From positions 131,192,001-131,256,000 of the forward strand of contig NC_043000.1 of assembly GCF_006345805.1 (NCBI RefSeq): a stretch of DNA of 64,000 nt. The letters run 5' to 3'. A program made the position numbers and the translations under genes. This document shows positions 61,164 to 64,000 of this stretch, in pieces; the stretch's first letter is position 1; the number at the start of each line of letters is the position of its first letter. The stretch is from Octopus sinensis. Lineage: Eukaryota. The notes under the pieces are model-generated. The model searched no databases. It had not been told where the DNA came from and worked only from the letters and a program-made list of their open reading frames with translations.

Positions 61164-61499
61164 AGAATAAGTCCTGGGGTTGAATCATTCCACTAAAGGC
61201 AGTGCTACAGCATGACCACAGTCAAAATGACTGAAACATGTAAAAGAATAAAAGAATAGCTGATTTTGTGCATAGATAGCTTAACTGTAGTAGCATGTCA
61301 GCCAGAAATAGGAATGTTTTCTGTCTATGATGGAAGAAATACAAAAGGCATCCAAGGGTTATTCAATTCTGTTGATGCAGAATCTTAAACACAACAAAAT
61401 CTGCAAATTATATGCCTATAACATGATATCCCTAAAAGAACTCTCTTGGCAGCAACAAAGCAACCAATTACAAGGAAATCATTGAAAAAATATTCTGTT

Positions 61500-61640
61500 C
61501 TTTTCATTCGCTGGGATGCTAAATGAGTATTGAGATACATTTGTTTGTTCAGTCACTTGAATCAATTCCCTCAGAATGTGGAAGATATCACTGATGAACA
61601 GGGAGAAATATTCCACCAAGTTATGAAGGTAACATTGATA
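61500..61640 (+). mobile_element. Chapaev3-like transposase remnant
   Basis: HLNQFPQNVEDITDEQGEIFHQ resembles the HLDFFPENLGAVSDEQGERFHQD motif. Confidence 0.55.
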
Positions 61641-61644
61641 CATT

Positions 61645-62090
61645 GAAACTCTGACATCTGGCAGCTGACTTGGCAGGCACCCATAAAATTATTAACCATC
61701 TTACAAACAATAACTCTGAGCACCTTTTCAAACTCCACCTGTCTAACACCCGTGGACATGTTTACAAAGTCAGAAAACAGCACAGCTCCCATGACTTTGG
61801 GAAACATTTTTTCACACTAAGTACGGAACAAACTGAAGTATGGAACAAACTGCCGGCATCAGTTGTTAGTTGTTGGAGCACTGCATCGTTCAAAACTTCC
61901 ATGCTTCCTGAGATTCGCCAACACTACACCTGATTTTGTCCCCTCCATACACATGCAAGCATGTATCTGACTCATACACTTTTCACTTTCCAGACATTTG
62001 TACGTTACTGCATATGCTTTATACACATTTTTGACAAGTTGTGGTGCACCTGAGCACTGTATACAATAATTTTATTATTATTATATTATT
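61645..62090 (+). mobile_element. CR1-clade LINE 3' fragment with (ATT)n tail
   Basis: THKIIN, NTRGHVYKV, KHFFT, WNKLPASVV. Confidence 0.8.
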
Positions 62091-63069
62091 TAATAGAGGA
62101 GGGATAGCAAAAGAGATAGGATGTGAATACGATGGTTGATTACTGTTGGAGTATAAAAAGGGATGCCCAAAGCTAAAACATTCCAGGATGCCTAAGAAAC
62201 AGAGCTTTCTTCCTTCATACTGGTATTTTACATTTTCAGGAGTTATCATGTTATTGAATACAATTGGCAGACTTTTTGTTTTTAAAACCTTGTATCAATG
62301 GAATAGAGTGATCCTAGGCCACCTTTTGTATTTTCTCCATCATAGGCCAAAAATATCACCACTTTAGCCAAAATCTTGCTATAATTAAATTATCATCATC
62401 ATCGTTTAACGTCCGCTTTCCATGCTAGCATGGGTTGGACAATTTGACTGAGGTCTGGCAAACCAGACTCCAATCTGATCTAGCAGAGTTTCTACAGCTG
62501 GGTGCCCTTCCTAACGCCAACCACTCCAAGAGTGTAGTGGGTGCTTTTACGTGCCATGAGCATGAGGGCCAGTTAGGTGGTACTGGCAACGGCTACGCTC
62601 AAATGGTGCTTTTTATGTGCACCTGCACAGGTAAACTATCTGTGCACAAAATCAGCTACATTCATAATTTTAGTTTTTTTTTATGCAAGGGGGAAGCATG
62701 ACAACAAAGCATTTTTCACACTTTAGCCCTTTGCTCCAAAGTCAGATCAAACTAAATTTAATAGTGAAAAACCAAGGTTGTGTGGTTACAAAGATTTTGA
62801 TGTAATTGGTAATAACAAATAGCATATCTGGATTTGGTGCAAAAAAGTGCCTCAGAAACACTTGTCTATTCAACAGACACCTTTCTGTTCACAAATTCTG
62901 TAGACCTGTGTAATCATCATCATCATCATCATCATCATCACTGTTTTAACATTCACTTTTCCATTCCTGCATGGGTTGGACAGAGTTTATTGAGGTAGAT
63001 TTTTTCACAGCCAATAAAGAAAGAATTATTGTTGTTATTATCATCATCATTATTTTTATTATTAATTAC

Positions 63070-63158
63070 CTTTATTATTTCATTCTGCAACTGTACTATT
63101 TTCTGTTTGTAGTTGTTCAACTCATTTGTCTGACTAATCATCTTCAACTTCAATGCAG
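63070..63158 (-). CDS. CCDC33: CCDC33-like coiled-coil protein, internal exon (xALKLKMISQTNELNNYKQKIVQLQNEIIK)
   Basis: Acceptor ctttaaag, donor gtaatt, 89 bp (phase 1 to 0). Resembles recalled CCDC33 segment [28 protein letters not shown]. Confidence 0.75.
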
Positions 63159-63234
63159 CTTTAAAGTGAAAAACAAAAAGAAAAGAAAGAAACAACAGTT
63201 TATTCTCACTATTCACTACTTTATGTACATGGGA

Positions 63235-63690
63235 GTGAGACATGGTGTCTGAGGGTAAGCAAAATGGCAATTTTGAGAAGGACCAAGAGAGCAATGATGA
63301 GAGCAATGTGTGGTACGAAACTATTGGATGAAATGAGGGCTGAGGACTTGATGGGGATGCTGGGGTTTGAGGAATCGGTGGAACAGCAGGCGAGGGTGAT
63401 TAGAGTGCAGTGGTATGGTCTCATGTTGAAGAGGGATGAGGATCATGTTTTGAGGAGAGTGCTTGAGTTTAAAGTGAATGAACCTCAAAGGCGAGGTCAA
63501 CCAAAGAAAACGTGGAGGGGACAGGTGGAAGAGGAGATTGGGAGGGTTGACTCGAGGAGGGAGGATGCCCAAAACCAGGTGAGATGATGAGATGGTGTGA
63601 GAGTGGTTGCTGTAAGAGTGAGGTAGATCCAGCCACTCCCGTTAACGGAGACGAACCCGGATTTAAAATACTGGAATTCATTCATATATA
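63235..63690 (+). mobile_element. Second RTE-family LINE 3' fragment
   Basis: RRTKRAMMRAMCG, QWYGLMLKRDEDHVLRRVL, RRGQPKKTW. Confidence 0.8.
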
Positions 63691-64000
63691 CAGGAAAGCA
63701 TTTAATGGCCACATTTAAATACGTACCTTGAATATGTGTACATTTTCTATAAATATACAGGTTGTATTTTACGCCCACCTGCTCATTCTCTTACCTCTCT
63801 TATTGGTTTCATATGTTAGACTGCTACCTCTCACCTTCTACATTCAGAGCTTTTATATCAATTATATCAACCTCAACAATAGTTTGTTAGGAAATTACCT
63901 TCTTAAAGAGTGTTACAGCTGTAAGAAATTTACACCAATTTACACTAAAAATATGCAATAATGAACACACATACATACATACAAGCTTCAACATGCTTTC

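Noticed and set aside
61592-61615. CTGATGA...GAAA on the + strand
   Set aside because: No stems; it lies in the Chapaev-like coding remnant.

Overview
Repeat-rich, AT-rich animal genomic DNA. The SINE repertoire and microsatellite density suggest an octopus (inference). Two host genes are supported, both on the - strand: an intronless 332-aa PTB/PID-domain adaptor (18929-19927) and five coding exons of a CCDC33-like coiled-coil gene (49738-63158, continuing past the window end). The rest is a transposon mosaic: several SINE families, RTE, CR1, Tx1 and R4/Dong LINE fragments, one young and two decayed Penelope-like elements (PLEs), non-autonomous Helitrons, piggyBac/Tc1/maT/MULE/Chapaev remnants, foldback MITEs and one LTR with a primer-binding site. 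The most notable unannotated signal is nine type I hammerhead-ribozyme-like motifs from four sequence families, several with non-canonical cores (CCGANGA, CUGUNGA) and palindromic stem III. One sits at the centre of a zero-spacer ~420-bp palindrome. There is also a spacer-less head-to-tail array of three Helitrons. All family assignments come from manual reading and recalled motifs; no database search or folding was run.
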